A DNA stretch of 63,792 bases, filler included, from Chiloscyllium plagiosum (Eukaryota), in assembly GCF_004010195.1 (NCBI RefSeq). It is 4 parts of 2 records of this genome, joined end to end, with 100 filler letters (N's around TTAATTAATTAA, not from the genome) between each part and the next. Parts side by side here need not be neighbours in the genome. Positions count along the whole stretch, not along the records: positions 59,593 to 63,792 come from NC_057712.1; 3 more parts are not named here. One strand, written 5' to 3'. Positions 62,982 to 63,792 of the stretch are shown in pieces (within the stretch, counting starts at the first letter, position 1; each line of letters starts with the position of its first letter). A program made the translations under genes and the position numbers. The notes under the pieces are model-generated. The model searched no databases. It saw nothing but the letters and a program-made list of their open reading frames with translations, and was not told the DNA's origin.

Positions 62982-63079
62982 ATTCTCCTGATGAAGGGCC
63001 TATGCCCAAAACGTCGATTCTCCTGCTCCTTGGATGCTGCATGACTGGCTGTGTTTTTCCAGCACCGCACTCTTTGAAT
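62982..63079 (+). mobile_element. PLE family A terminus lacking the tail, with TSD
   Basis: CCTGATGAAGGGCCTATGCCCAAAACGTCG; TSD CTGAATACAA at 62972-62981 and 63080-63089. Confidence 0.85.
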
Positions 63080-63109
63080 CTGAATACAAGTGCTCTCTGG
63101 TACTTCTCT

Positions 63110-63190
63110 TGACCAGGATGGTGAGCAAGACTATTGCACTCTTGTCTCTGACCAGGATGGTGAGCAAGACTATTGCACTCTTGTCTCTGA
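63110..63190 (+). repeat. 39-bp tandem duplication
   Basis: TGACCAGGATGGTGAGCAAGACTATTGCACTCTTGTCTC x2. Confidence 0.95.
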
Positions 63191-63588
63191 ATCAGAATGT
63201 TGTGGATTTCAGGACTTGTGTGCAAAATCAAAAAGCTGAAATGCCAGTGCAGTACAGAGAGAGAGTTGTTCTGTCAGAGATAACTGCTTCAAGGTGTTGT
63301 CTGTTCTCACAGGTGAACTTAAAACATCCCATAGCACAATTCTGAAAACAACCAGAGGCAGTATCCCCAGAGACCTAACCAATATTTACCTTTCAGTCAA
63401 TATCACAAAAGCAGACGTCTACTTGTTTTTTTTCTGTGCTGTTTATGGGAGCTGGCTGCACACCAATTGGCTGGTGTGCTTCTCCATTATAAAAGTGACT
63501 GCATTTCAGAGTCATTTCATTGACTGCAGAGAGTTTTAGGATGTCCTGTGATTGGGAACAGTGCTGTGTAAGTGGAAGTCTATCTTTC
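63165..63588 (+). mobile_element. Deu-domain SINE (SacSINE1/AmnSINE-like)
   Basis: CATCCCATAGCAC...CCAATATTTACCTTTCAGTCAATATCAC...GCTGTTTATGGGAG...AATTGGCTG...AGTGACTGCATTTCA, then an L2-like tail. Confidence 0.7.
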
Positions 63589-63792
63589 CTGCAAATTGTA
63601 GTGACAGTAAAGACCCGTACTGGTTGCTAACTTCTATTCAGCAATATTGTTGAAGCATCATTTGTTGAGGATACAAAATTAGATTGGAGGACAAAATGTG
63701 GTGAAGACATAAGGAATCTGAGGGGATATGGATAGGTTGGATTGAATAGGGGGTGGAGTGATTTGGGGGTTGAGAGATTATGGTGTTGAGTG

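Overview
Repeat-dense, largely non-coding vertebrate DNA, almost certainly from a shark. The basis is about 10 HE1-like SINEs, HER1/CR1-like LINEs and Deu-domain SINEs; family names come from recognition, not a database search. No intact long protein-coding gene is visible. The window is a mosaic of decayed CR1/L2-type LINEs (some with an SGNH-esterase ORF1), a Rex1/Babar fragment, Ty3/Gypsy remnants, tRNA-derived SINEs and roughly 30 Penelope-like element (PLE) derivatives. The PLEs are the most striking system. At least five sequence families carry a minimal hammerhead-ribozyme motif (CUGANGA-A-stemII-GAAA) with a palindromic ACGU/AGCU helix III and covarying helix I. Many copies are fold-back (inverted-repeat) insertions with 10-15 bp target-site duplications (TSDs) and a reproducible ~30-40 nt one-sided tail. 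A GC-rich island near 23.9-24.5 kb looks like a possibly bidirectional promoter, with a tentative 3-exon 71-codon minus-strand ORF. There are five assembly gaps, three with an artificial TTAATTAATTAA spacer. Boundaries of decayed repeats are approximate.
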